Positions 26,527 to 39,027 of a DNA stretch of 64,000 nt are shown piece by piece. How positions within the stretch are numbered: position 1 is the first letter of the stretch; the number at the start of each line of letters is the position of its first letter. The notes under the pieces are model-generated. The model had not been told where the DNA came from. It saw nothing but the letters and a program-made list of their open reading frames with translations, and did no database searches. Both the position numbers and the translations under genes were made by a program. This stretch comes from Lingula anatina (Eukaryota; Animalia; Brachiopoda): NCBI GenBank assembly GCA_051362555.1, contig CM120646.1:4836001-4900000 (forward strand), written 5' to 3'.

Positions 26527-27978
26527 CTGAGGTGGCATTATTTGTGAGTCTAAGGTGAAAATCAAAAAGTGAAGATCACACGTGGGCTGCATGTAGATGT
26601 AATTATTCTTTTGGTATTGGCTATGTGTTATTATTCTTATTTGGTCTTGGTTTTATGAATGTATATTTATAGTGACATCAGCGTCATCCAATCACTTTGT
26701 AATCGCAGTAGGGGCAGCGAGTCAGTGTTCCATTTTGCTATTAACTCACTGTGATTACTCAATATCCTACGATGTCAATCAGGTTCGAAATGGAGATGAA
26801 CCAATTATTATTTATATATATATATTTTTCAATTATATACCCTTTCATAAACCATTCCCTTTATTTCCAAAATTGCAAGAGATACACCAGTTCCTTTTGA
26901 ACTTGATTAAGAGAGCTTATATAGTTTATCCAATACGACATTAAATCTGATATTTGGCCTACGATATGTTAAAGTGCACTTATTCTGATATTCTAGCTCT
27001 TATAGAACCTCCAAAACTAGAACTGTCAAGACCATTCTTAACGTTATTTAGCCCTTTCTGAGTAAATAGAAATGATCATAAAATCACAGCATGTCGCATC
27101 GTTGCATCGATTTTTATCACTGCATTGTCTAAGAAATAATAGATATCGGGTTAGCGACAAACCACGTACATTCTGTTAATTAACGAAGGCAGGTTGTCTC
27201 TGGCATACATATCATACAATAGGGGTTCAACAGGCAAATGATAACATACATACCTACGGCATTATTATGTAGCTTTGTTAATATCAGTGTTATGGTGACC
27301 TAGAACCAGTGTTCCTGTAGGGACGATTCGATGAAGGGGAAAAAACTCATGCAAAACCATTTATTGATCATCTAAATCGTATGGCAAATATTTACATGCA
27401 TCAAATAAGATTAACGGCACTTGTACAAGTTTCTATCAAAATCATGATACAGTGCGTTAAATCAATTCTCATTCAGTTGCTTGTTGTGTAAATTTCTCTG
27501 TAAAATGAATTGGTCTGAGAATATCTAAATCTAAAGAAGCACAATTTGAAATTGTGACCATTAAACATTGGTAAAAGTTAATAATTAAAAAGCATTGATG
27601 AAAGTGCCAACATTCAAAACAATTGCCCTAGGAGGCGGCCCCTATAACAGCGGCTTATCACAAACCAACCAACAAAAAGTTTTTTTTTTTTTGTAAGAGG
27701 GGTATAATTTGGCTATGTTTTGCATTATACTCTTATATTATGTATTTACCATCATACTGGCGAAAGGTTCTGATGTGCAGCATTTGCGTGACGAGATAAT
27801 TATTTTTTGTCGACAGAGGACAGACGGAATAAGAACCAAAGCAAAACTGCATTCGTGGAGGACAGAGATAATACTGTATATTACAGATTGTCGTGAAAAT
27901 TAATTCGCACGCCTCAAGCAAGTGTAATGCAAGTGCAATTATTTGCTTGGTCTTATAAGACAATAATATGTGTTCTAG

Positions 27979-28061
27979 ATCTGGACCCTACCCATGGTTT
28001 TAGCGTTGGCCGTTCTGAGTGAGAGTGAAGCTTGCAGAACACGGCATCCAATATCACTCAG
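27979..28061 (+). other. Predicted 5'UTR exon 2 of GPCR copy 2
   Basis: Splice sites and sequence conserved with 10667-10753. Confidence 0.65.
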
Positions 28062-28759
28062 GTAAGAAAAAAACACCAGCATCTTATCCTTTTTAAAGAC
28101 ATTGTGTATTTATTTTATTTAACCAGAGTTGTCTTCTTAGCAATTACAGATATACAATAGCCTGTACAGCACTGCCAGTAATGGCAATAGTCTAGTATGT
28201 TACAGTAATATGAGCCGAGAGTACTTTGCCAGTGGGAGGATTCGTAATATTTGAAACAGGAAATTTACTAAAACGAAACTTCAAAGTCTTTAAAATTTTA
28301 AAATAATGCCTACCGATTTGCATTCTTTGAAGCAAAAATGGTACTGTTTTGATTAAAATATAATGGAAAATAACCTAAACCAAGGACTTGCGTTTATTGC
28401 CATCACCCACATACACCTAAAAGCATACATGGAATAAATGTACCATCTATCTATTCGAGTTCTCCGTGTCTCATTCACCTGTGTCAATCTCCTTTAGGTG
28501 AGTGGTTCGAAATCCGTAAGCATATACTTAAAAATACAACGATAGTAATTCTGGGAACGATTTTAGATATCTTATATCTTGACTTATAAAGTGAAAGTTG
28601 TGCAATGTCAGGAAACATTTTGCTATTTTAAGGTATGGTACAAATTATGGGCATTCAAATCCTTTGACAAAGTAATGGTATATATTTTGGTCTTTTGTTT
28701 TAGAAAAAAACATACAAATATCGTTTCAAGGTTTGGTAACAGAAACAGCGCACTGAATC

Positions 28760-29917
28760 ATGACCTGGCCAGGGACAGGACAAACATCCCACTGGTCACT
28801 TCTTGCAACAACAAAAGGCGGTGCTCCTTGGAATGATGCAGTCAACAGTTCCAGCGTTTCAAACGTGGATTTGATGAGTCATTCGGAAGTAACTACTGGA
28901 TTTATTATGAATTTAAGTACCACAAACAGCATTAGTGGAACTGTTTTGGAAAGGAATGAGACAGATTTTCAAACTGTTAATATAAACTCAACAAATGACC
29001 CTTGCTTCAATATTGGCTGCGTGCCTATTATTGTCATCAACTTTGTCGTGGCTGCTCTGTGTGCTGTTGCCAATCTTGTGGTCATGGCGGCCTTTATCAA
29101 GTGCCCTCGGTTGCGCACGCAGACCAACATTATCATATTCAGTCTGTCTGTGGCTGACCTCCTCGTGGCGTGTGTACACTTCCCTTTCAACACCGTGGGA
29201 CTGCATCTTATCCACATCGTCCCCGCTTTAGAACCAATGAAGAACAATATCTATTTCTGTTTCGTTAGAGTATCTGTAGGGTCTCTTCTCACCACCACGG
29301 GGATCATACATATGGTCTTTATAGCCGTGGAGAGATTCTTCAAAATATGCCAGTCGAAGAGGTATGACTCCGTTTTGTCGAAAAAAAAGGTTACAATAGG
29401 TTGCATTGCCATCTACGTTTTTCGGTTAATTCTGGTCAGCTTAAATTGGATTTGGGTGGTTTGGTCACCCGGGGATGACTGTAAAATAGAAACTCTCCTG
29501 CACCCTGTGGTGTTTCGTGTGAGTTCTTACCAGATCTTTATTGCATTGTTCATATCGGTTGGTTGTTATACAGCAATTTTCAGCCATGTGCACCGTATGG
29601 GAAAAAACATGGCAAAGAACTCGTCGAGCCCAAGAGAAATAGAAAACCAAACAAAAAAGGAATTCCAACTATTCAAAGTAATTTTGAGAACAGAATGCGT
29701 GTATGTCTTATGTTATTGTCCGTACCCACTCATGTTGTGGATATCTGGTAACAATAATAATGGTGCCACTTGGCTTGCGACAACGACCTTTATATGTAAG
29801 AAGATGTTTTGGTTAGGGTGCGGTCTTAATCCGATAGTATATGGATTCTTGAACAACAATTATAGGGCTGCTATTGGGAGCCTTTTTGGGCGTAAAATAT
29901 CTAACGGTTCTATGTAG
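28760..29917 (+). CDS. Orphan rhodopsin-family (class A) GPCR, copy 2, 385 aa
   Basis: Close paralog of 12129-13313; AVERF, CYCPY, LNPIVYG; shorter ICL3. Confidence 0.95.
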   Translation: MTWPGTGQTSHWSLLATTKGGAPWNDAVNSSSVSNVDLMSHSEVTTGFIMNLSTTNSISGTVLERNETDFQTVNINSTNDPCFNIGCVPIIVINFVVAALCAVANLVVMAAFIKCPRLRTQTNIIIFSLSVADLLVACVHFPFNTVGLHLIHIVPALEPMKNNIYFCFVRVSVGSLLTTTGIIHMVFIAVERFFKICQSKRYDSVLSKKKVTIGCIAIYVFRLILVSLNWIWVVWSPGDDCKIETLLHPVVFRVSSYQIFIALFISVGCYTAIFSHVHRMGKNMAKNSSSPREIENQTKKEFQLFKVILRTECVYVLCYCPYPLMLWISGNNNNGATWLATTTFICKKMFWLGCGLNPIVYGFLNNNYRAAIGSLFGRKISNGSM

Positions 29918-31740
29918 AGCATGAGGTAATTATGTTGTGGAATTTGGCGGGAAATAAATGAACCTTAAATTGATTGGAATTGGTATTTGCCTTGCATCGA
30001 ATTATTTTTTTCTAAGCCTAAACGACATTATAGGGAGTACTTAAAGCGAAAAGGGTGCAGTGTATATAATGGTATAGGTATTGAAGAAAGCGGAGTTTAA
30101 TGCACAGTTTCTACGCTTCTGTAAGAGATAGACTCACACTGACTTTAAAATTGATGACATGAAATACATGACAGATACATGAAACAAATTCATTTGTTAT
30201 CCAGTCAATTGAAAAAGTTCATCTTTTTTTAAGGATTTATTGTTATTGGTTATATTATTGGTTATTGCATTTTTTTTTTTTTTTTTTTTGAGAATCAGAC
30301 TGTTATTATCTAGAATCGCAATCTTTAACTTTTTGTTTTTTCATTTTTTCATTTTTCATATTATATATGTTATCATATAACATTATATTTTATACTTAGG
30401 TACTCATTTTTGTAAGGTCTTTTGAACATTATTAGACTGAAAATGTTATTATTGTTGATTTTGTTATTATAACGAGATATTATGATCATACTAATATATT
30501 GATTTCCCTCTCTGTAACGCGCAATACCTTATGGTATATGTCGTATGTCGGGCCTATTTGTTCCTAAACATTTTTGCTAAATTTCTTGCTGGACAGAAAA
30601 AAGCACAGAATAAGCCACATAAATATGTGTAGATACTTGTAATGAGCGAATTATTCCTAAGACCCATTACCGGATATTAAGGGACGAAATGCCTATCAAT
30701 AACAATAGTCGTATTATTCTGGTTTTATCTCTCAGTCGTCATGCCTAATGAACTTTAATGTCGATGTATTTCATATAAACATATATGTAAAACTACTACA
30801 GAGTCTGTAAAGTGTAATTTGTAAACGTTTCAACTGTCAACTTGGTATTATTATGATAGGTATAGAGATACCATCTCTATGTGTCCCTGGTAGGGGGTCA
30901 CCAGTATATAACACATGATACATTCCGTCAGAGCACCAACGTGATTCATTGCTTACCCTAAATTTTCTTCAAAATAAACCTGATTAAGATAAAAGAGTTA
31001 ACTTGATATACACTTGGGTTTGTGATATATTTATATTATAGCAAATAATCAAAGGAGATATGAAATTATTGTGGTTTTTCGAAAGCGATTTAATCTCTGC
31101 AAAAACGCTAATTGCCTTTGGAGCAAACCGATTAGGGTGTAGACTTTTGACGGTGACACTCATGTTGCCTTAAGACCATTATGCTGCGAAATGTTAACGT
31201 CTTTGTTTCACTATTTAATGATTTGCTATTCTTTAGGAGCGGGGCAGAAGACCGGTATATATTTTGTGAGCGATGCGAGCCATATATACAATAGAAAAAC
31301 GGACACTTTCATTATAAATGAAAATGCAGCTGAAACCCACAGAAAAAAGTGCTCAGTGCGTAGTTTGTCTTTTCCCCAGGTCATCGCCTTTAGTTGTTTT
31401 TTTTTTTTTTTTTTTCAGACAGCATGTCTGTCCTTGCAATTGTGCAAGAAGTTTCGATTTACTATATACAAACTTTGTGCAACGTCATATTATGTTGTTA
31501 AGTGTCTCTGCACGCCAAATATTTCAGCTATAGTTTGTCACAAGGTCATTATAAATTATTTAAGAAAAGAAAAGATATGCATGAAATGTAAAGGGTTATC
31601 GAATTTACAAAATATATGATCGGAATAAAACTGAATACATGCACATAAAGAGTGTCTTAGTGTTCAGAGAGGCCACAATGTTTTATGTCATGGCTAATTT
31701 CCTCAAGAGACCCCAAAGCAAATGTGAGATGGCGAAAAAA

Positions 31741-31965
31741 GCAGCAAACAACGCTGCTTTATTAAAGAATACATCTTAAAACAAATGAAACCACAAAACA
31801 CTATCAAGCAGCAAACAACGCTGCTTTAATAGTAAAGAAATACACATCTTAAAATGCAAATGAAACCACAAAACACTGTATCAAACAGCAAACAACGCTG
31901 CTTTAGTAAAGAAATACACATCTTAAAACGCAAATGAAACCACAAAACACTGTATTAAACAAGAA
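31741..31965 (+). repeat. Tandem repeat, ~70-bp unit x3
   Basis: Unit cagcaaacaacgctgcttt...catcttaaaa..caaatgaaaccacaaaacact repeated. Confidence 0.9.
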
Positions 31966-32229
31966 AAGAACTCCGAGAGCGCAGATCTCCGCCAAGGCAG
32001 CAAAGTCTCCACCCAATGCCGTTTCACCCTTAAATTTTCATTCTATAATGATCTTGATTTTTGATCATTGATACGAATCACCACCAAAAACTAATCATCT
32101 GTTCCATGGCCAACTTCTGACAGTTCCTGAAAATTTCGGTCCATAACTTTTTCTGTAATGTTGCCAACAGACAGACAGACAGACAAACTAACGGAACCAA
32201 AAACATAACCTCCTTGTCGGAGGTAACAA
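31960..32229 (-). mobile_element. Helentron-associated (HINE/DINE-1-like) short element
   Basis: Subterminal inverted repeat ctccgccaagg / ccttgtcggag, internal (acag)n microsatellite, terminal cctcc...ggagg hairpin; a fragment of the same end lies at ~3530-3560. Confidence 0.6.
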
Positions 32230-32813
32230 TTTTTTCTCGCTAAAAAATATTAAAGAATTAGCTCTTGATCGTTTGCTTTATCTGTGTATCATTCAAACAT
32301 CTTCGCATTATATATACAAACGACCGCTTTAAGGCCACCATATGCCTCAACGCCTCTCCCTTTCTCCCTTTGTTAAAAACGAAACGTGTGTGAGCCTCTC
32401 TGGTAAGGACGTCTTTGAAGTTGTCTGGACAATATTCACTCACCGCCGCCAGTCTCTTGTATACTAGTACTTGAACAGACGTGATACCCCACTGGTCACT
32501 GCATGCCAATCTATAATCCCCCCCCCCCCCCTGCGCCTTCTCCTGAACGACGACGACGATGCAACTGCCATCATTGTAGTGCATATGTTCTGTCTCAAAT
32601 TCAGCAGGCTTTTGGGTAGAATAAAAGTGGGATTTTCGATGACCGAGGCCTTTTTTGGCATTTTCTGTGGGCACAGACAGTCAGATCCTAAGTTCCGATT
32701 TTTTTGGCATCCATAAAATGAAATCAGTATGTCCTTATTGACACCCATATATTTTCTCAAAGTAATGAAGATAAGGAAAGAAAACATGACCAATGCACAC
32801 AAAGACACACGCG

Positions 32814-32850
<37 letters not shown>

Positions 32851-33194
32851 CTTTGGCCCAGAAAAAATACATTCGCTTCTCAAATTGCTACGAAACACCA
32901 ATTTTGAAAAATGGTAAGTGACCTACAGTTAATTCTTCGCGCACACTGCTTGAAACTCGCATCCCTTAAAGCGGAAACTTTACTGTTTTGCTTGAATAAG
33001 ACGGAAAATGCCATAAACCGTGGATTTGAGCGCATTGCAATCCCCACATACAATGCCGCCGTAACCTAAGCTCACTTACCCTGAGCAGCGCTGGAGGTTG
33101 TTCCACTGCCCTGTCGCGCTGGCCTTGGAAATAAAATTGCCGTCCATGCCGCGTTCACTTTAATTCAACAAAAGTGCCCTGTCCCTGCGCCATA

Positions 33195-33560
33195 GGCACA
33201 CATTTACAGTGTTCTTAAGACCATATGAAGTGCACAATTTCCTGGAAATTTAATCAATTTCCTGCGGTGAAAAAAGTACTCTATCAAAAACCGTTGAGAA
33301 ATTAATTTACGATATGAGTTCTCCATTTCTCATTGCCTCGATAGTAATTCACCTGTGTTGAACTCCATTGCACGACTGACTCGAAGTTCAGAAGCACATA
33401 GCTAAAAAATAATACGGTGTATCGACAGTACTCCCGTAACTCTGAACGATTTTAGATATAATTTATCTTTCCGAATAAAGTGAAATTATTGCAATATCCC
33501 AAAAAGTATGCATTCTGTTACATAAAGGTATGACACGGATTATGTGCATTCAAAGCAATT
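33195..33560 (+). pseudogene. Relic of a third GPCR duplicate (pre-coding intron sequence only)
   Basis: Alignable by eye with 11128-11360/11945-12030 and 28410-28660 but not followed by a GPCR exon; a third copy of the 3' flank lies at ~35335-35495. Confidence 0.6.
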
Positions 33561-33806
33561 ATACAACATTGGTCAAAAAGGTTGTCCCAGCCCCATTTCC
33601 ATGTACTTATATTTACAAATGAATACCTCGCAATTGTAAATTGTTATAAACGGTGCTTTTTCTAAACTGCCCAAACTGTCTTATAAGTCTTGTTTTAAAG
33701 TTTTGGTCTTTTAGTTTATAATTTTTAGTTACTTTTAATTACCTTATGATTTTATTTATGCTACATTGTAAAACTTCAACCTTTGGGTTGCGATTTTAGC
33801 AAATAA

Positions 33807-33841
<35 letters not shown>

Positions 33842-35410
33842 CCCAGATACCGTTTCTAACATCATTAATGGTTTAGAAAATACAAAATAGTGGCAAAAAG
33901 ATGCACATTTTATAACATTTAGTAAAATTTATAACAGGTACCCCCTCAGATCCAATGTTTCACTGTGACTTCCATAGACGTAAAGAAATGTCTATTGAAT
34001 TAAAAAGACGCCATCAAATGTCACCAAATTTACACACATTTAGCATTAGGATGTGCTCGTTAAAGGCCACCTGCCTAGTATAATAGCGTGTGCGTCTACC
34101 GCGTACTGCAATTATCTCTTATAGATGGCGCGACAAGCCTTCAAAAAGTCCACAATATTGGATAACAACATTAGGACATGGACACCAACATGTCAACTGG
34201 TGCCGACCTTGTGAGCACGCTTTCCGCTTAGAATATTTACCGCATGTGCATTATATTCATTAAGTTTGGAAATAATTATGTAACATTAAACACAAAAATA
34301 TGGTCAGGGAAAAGAACACTTACCTGTAACTTCACAGAGATGGGAGAGTACGTTGCGATCCTGAATCAGCGGTTAAACAACGACGACATGAAATTGTTTT
34401 TCGTGATTTACAAGCAAAAAAATGGGAACCAGCTATAGCTAATTTAATAAATGCCATTTAATATTCATGTGACCGGTTCATTGCGTCATCAATGGAAATC
34501 TCCACTATTTACGCGAAGTCTGAATGGGGAAAAGAAACTACACGCTAGCTGTGGTTTCGCTGTCATGCATGTCTGAAGGAAACGGAACAGGATTGGGTCG
34601 TATGCTCAAATGACAAGAGTTCCTTAAACATTGTTTTTTACTAAAAGCAGAGTGTATTTCGGGTATTTAAATCCCGAAATTAAACGATTAGATGATGGTA
34701 ACTCACAACAACCCGTTTTCTTTACCCACCAAAATTTGAGACGAAGAGCCATTTTTGTTTTCTCTAGTGTGTTTGCCGTAAACGATCCATTAGATGACCA
34801 ACAAACACATAACAAAACTATTCCGAAGGCTTTCTTTTTCATAATGTACAGCTGCATAAAAAGGATTTGTATTATATATCTGTGTCCCAGATTTAAGCGC
34901 TGTTTCAGTGTCATTTTTGGCTAAGAATTAAAATTTTACAATAAACAGCAATGTTTGTAAACACAGGTTTTTGTTATAATAAGACAACCCCAACCCCACC
35001 CCCTGTATTGACGATGGCGACGACAGCCGAGCCGCTATCTTGGTAATCGCGCTGGGCGGCAGTCCGTGTGTGCAGAGGGTTCGTTTTGCCGCAATTTCAG
35101 CAGGTTTTCTGGTGGGAGATAAACGAGTTTTGCAAAAACCCAGACTTTTGAGGCATTTTCAGGGAACTGACAGTGACAACAGTCAGTTCCGGAGTTATGA
35201 GGTATTTTTTCTTTTCTTATTTCATTTAATTTGTTTATTTTATTTTATTATTTTTATTTTTATTTCATTTTATTTCATTTTATTTTTTATTATAATTTTA
35301 GAACCGTTGAAAAGTAATGCATGCAGATCAGTGTGGCCTTACTGATACCGGTATATTTATCAAAGGAATGAAGATAAAAAAAAGAAAACATGCCTCATTG
35401 CACGCACACA

Positions 35411-35443
<33 letters not shown>

Positions 35444-36451
35444 GCATTGGCCAAGAAATAAATGCAACAGCATTGGAAAATTTTTTCATCTTAATTTAGA
35501 TCTGACTCAAACGCTGCATGTGCGATGTGATTCAAAAACTAAAAGCCAATGCCCTCCAAGATGACATCAAATGCTGCAACGTCGCTGTCGCCATCTGTTC
35601 AGTGATGCTATTTTTGCTCGTATTCCGGGATATAGTGTTCTATGCTAATTACACCATGCAGTGTAATATACCACAGTGAAACGGCAACAGTGACCGATGT
35701 GACTGCGCGTGCAAGGACGCCTTATTAAACTGTGGATAATACAGCAGGTAATATAAAAAAGGAAAAAACTCAAGAAAGCAAAAAGGGAAAAAAATGCCAT
35801 GAAAACCGCAAGTCACTTCAACCTGTACATTCTTAAATATCAAAGTGTGTTACAGTCGTTAACAGATTCTGGCTCAAAAGTCATCCTAGCCCCGGTGGCT
35901 CCATCTAGCTGTTAATAAGATAATATTATAAGATAATAAGATATATATTAAGATAATGTAGAAAAACGATCAATATATATTTAACAAGGTATGCGCCTGT
36001 ATTGTAAAATATATCAGATGTATGACATACAGGGTATGTGCAGTGAAGGTTAAGAGGTCACCTCTCTAATGCCAGCATGTGTGTCATTTACAGTATAACT
36101 GGAGACTTCAAAACATACATATACATGTTCGATATAAAGCTTAATACATTGCAATTAAATCAAAATATACACACGAGCAACAGATTAATAACCATTCCGT
36201 GATTTTTATCATGATACTTCTCATAAGATACGCATGTAACAATGGAATGTCATGTTAGGTAAGTATGCATTTTTAACTGCAATAATAGTGAAAACAGCAG
36301 AGACATACAGAGTACTCAGGTGCCACGATACGGCTGTTATACATTCTACATACTATACAGGGACCTACCTTGATAACATATATTGGTGATTTTTCGTCTT
36401 TGCGGTAATGGCTATAGTTATCAAGGTGGTCGGTCAGGGTGGTTATTGTTT

Positions 36452-36585
36452 CAGTTGTGACAGCACCTGTCAGTTAATTGTGGCAGTTGTAACAGCACCT
36501 GTCAGTAAACTGTGACAGTTGTAACAGCACCTGTCAATAAACTGTGACAGTTGCGACGGCAGCTGTCAGTAAATTGTGACAGTTG
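36452..36585 (+). repeat. 32-bp minisatellite x4
   Basis: Unit cagttgtaacagcacctgtcagtaaactgtga. Confidence 0.92.
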
Positions 36586-37367
36586 AGCAAAACCCAATAG
36601 CGGATGTTAAACATGGTGTATGGATGAGCTAAAGTATGTTGCAGTTCCATTATAAGGTGAGGTGGTATTCCGCACCTATTTTTACACGTATATGAATTAA
36701 TTGACCAGTTTTACTGTCATCTCAAAGCTACACTAATGCGCATTCTAAATTGGCAAAATCAATGCCAACAACAAGCTGTTCTCTTTAATCGATGTAACAT
36801 AATCCGTAATTTCTGTTTCGTCATAGTGGAGTCAGCTGCCACGGAAATATATGTTTATTTGACATTCACACAATGATATTGAAGCCAAATTTGTGATAAT
36901 GAGATGCCTTAAAAGACAAGTATGCACATACTGGTATGATGTTCTACAAATGAGGTACAAGTATTAAAGGATGTTGAGGTTCATTCCTTAACATATTAGA
37001 CAGGACACTATGAATGACGTCATGAAATGCAACTTTCTCAAATGCTGTTTGCATGCAGGGATTGATGTTAATGTTAACACATTTCAGCAATTTAAATTAC
37101 TTTTATACTGTATCAGGTACAGTACTGAAATGATCGGAAAGTGGAAGATGGGGATGGGGATGTCTGTTTAGATTTAACAATTTCCATTCTTATCAAGTCA
37201 ACATTGTAGTTTTGTTTCCGAATCATCATTTATTTTACTATGTTTTTCGCTGCACAACATTGACATAAAATCGAAATCTGCTGTCCAAAGAAATAAAATA
37301 AATGTGTGATTATAACAAGGTCTTCCTTGCTGTATCATGGGATTTTGTCTGCTCTGCCTTAGTCTTC

Positions 37368-39027
37368 TTATTTTATCGGATAACAATTGCCTGAAACAAT
37401 ACGATAGAATATGTTTACATTCTGCATATATTGGCCAACAGACTCGGTAGAATTATCATAACATTGGTAAAAACGGACATGCTGGGTTTCAAAGGTCTCC
37501 GTGTTACTCTTCCGGAACCGCATCTCTAACTGAACACACATAATTTCACCATTAGAAGTTTTGAATATATAGGCCTATGCCTCACCGTAGATAGGGGGAA
37601 TTTCCATGTTAGGTACACACTCTAATCCATCTGCACATGGGCACAGTAGCTCTATCTCGGTAGGTTCTGCCTCAGTGTTGTCTCTAATACAACCTTGAAG
37701 GTAAGTGAGATAATTTTAAAAGGTATCAGATACGAGTTTATATTATATTACAATGTTTCCCATCCGGCTGGAGCGACCTTAGCCGTTGCCATCAACCAGA
37801 CCAAGTGAGGCCGTTTTCAAAAATTATTATCTTCTCGAGCTAAGCTTAGACTGTTATATGGTTTGCCCGGCTACGATCGCGAGCAGTTGACATTTGGTCT
37901 GAGTTTCCTAGAATAATGGACCCACAAGAAATGCAATTGAAATCCATAATTAGGCGTTTGTCACTGCTGAGGCTAAAAGCCTTGGGCGATACAATCATAC
38001 TTTGTTCAAGGGGCTTAGTTAAATGCGCAATAGTCGACTAGATCTAAAAGACATGATTTTAACCAGCGCCCAAAAAATAAAAAAAGAAATTCGTTAAATA
38101 GGTCCATAGTAATGATATGCTCACAGGCACAAGGCTTACCTCATTCAAGAGTGCTGTGATAGGACAAGAGAGGGATAAGTTTCGCTGTCTGTGGTGGGAT
38201 ATTCGTCAAGAGAAGATCGCCCGTTGAAGGTCTACCCAACGTAACTGAAAAATGGGCTTTCTTCCAAAAACTCACCTGTTTTATAAAATTGATTCATTTC
38301 TAAACATGAAAAACAAGGTGATTTTGAAAAAAAAAAACAGATTACGAGGAATATTTTTCATAATTACCTTCGCCTTCTCCTTTGAATGGTACACATTTTG
38401 CCTCATAAAGGGAACGTTTCCCTATCGGCAATGGACCGCCTGTCTCGCAACACATGCCATGAGGCAGGCACTGGGCATTTTTGGAGCAGATCTTTGGAGC
38501 AGTATCCAGTCCATGAATACACTGGAAAGCACATGGGAAGAAGGGAATACAAATACAGATAACAGTTATTCCTACCTCTCTACAAGCATACACAGACACA
38601 CACACAGACACAAGAGAGAGAGAGAAAGAGATCATTCAGTATTCAATAAATCAAGGTTACGAGATAGATTCTAGAAAAACAGTTAAAACTCAGTCTTCAC
38701 AACGCCAATAGTTCGAAGAATGCACCAGTGGCGGTCTTGACCCCCCCCCCCCCTTTCGATTTCTGAAAAAAAATCACACCTATGATCCCCTCGTGAAAAT
38801 TTTGACTAGCCGAATCATGGTTTTAAATCGTGCCAAATGGCACCATTCGCCCTCTAAAATACCAAATTCCGCGGAACCCCCTTCAAATAAACCTGGATCC
38901 GTCCCTGTGCACCATTGCATCTTTGACATTATGACAGCTCAGCAGAAGAACACCTTTGTTAGAATATTATCCCGTAACTTACCAGCAACAAATAAGTCAA
39001 CACCACGAAAGCGGTAAGCCACGACAT
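37368..39027 (-). CDS. Secreted 10-Cys prokineticin/ITG-like (colipase-fold) peptide precursor A, 109 aa
   Basis: Exons 39027-38983, 38521-38368, 37693-37586, 37390-37368 give MSWLTAFVVLTYLLLCIHG-LDTAPKICSKNAQCLPHGMCCETGGPLPIGKRSLYEAKCVPFKGEGEGCIRDNTEAEPTEIELLCPCADGLECVPNMEIPPIYGNCYPIK*. Exon phases are identical in paralog B. Confidence 0.88.
38726..38907 (-). mobile_element. MITE of the CAGGGGCGGATCC family in intron 1 of peptide gene A
   Basis: Ends cagtggcgg / ggatccgtccctg; 5-bp TSD tgcac. Confidence 0.8.

Noticed and set aside
31191-32917. 138-145-aa ORFs at 31191, 32258 and 32464
   Set aside because: They span the GPCR2 3'UTR, homopolymers, CA microsatellites and MITE sequence; no protein-like motifs.
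37500-37530. Alternative last exon for peptide A (VRDAVPEE*)
   Set aside because: The intron would be only ~55 nt and the tenth Cys is missing; 37390-37368 matches paralog B.
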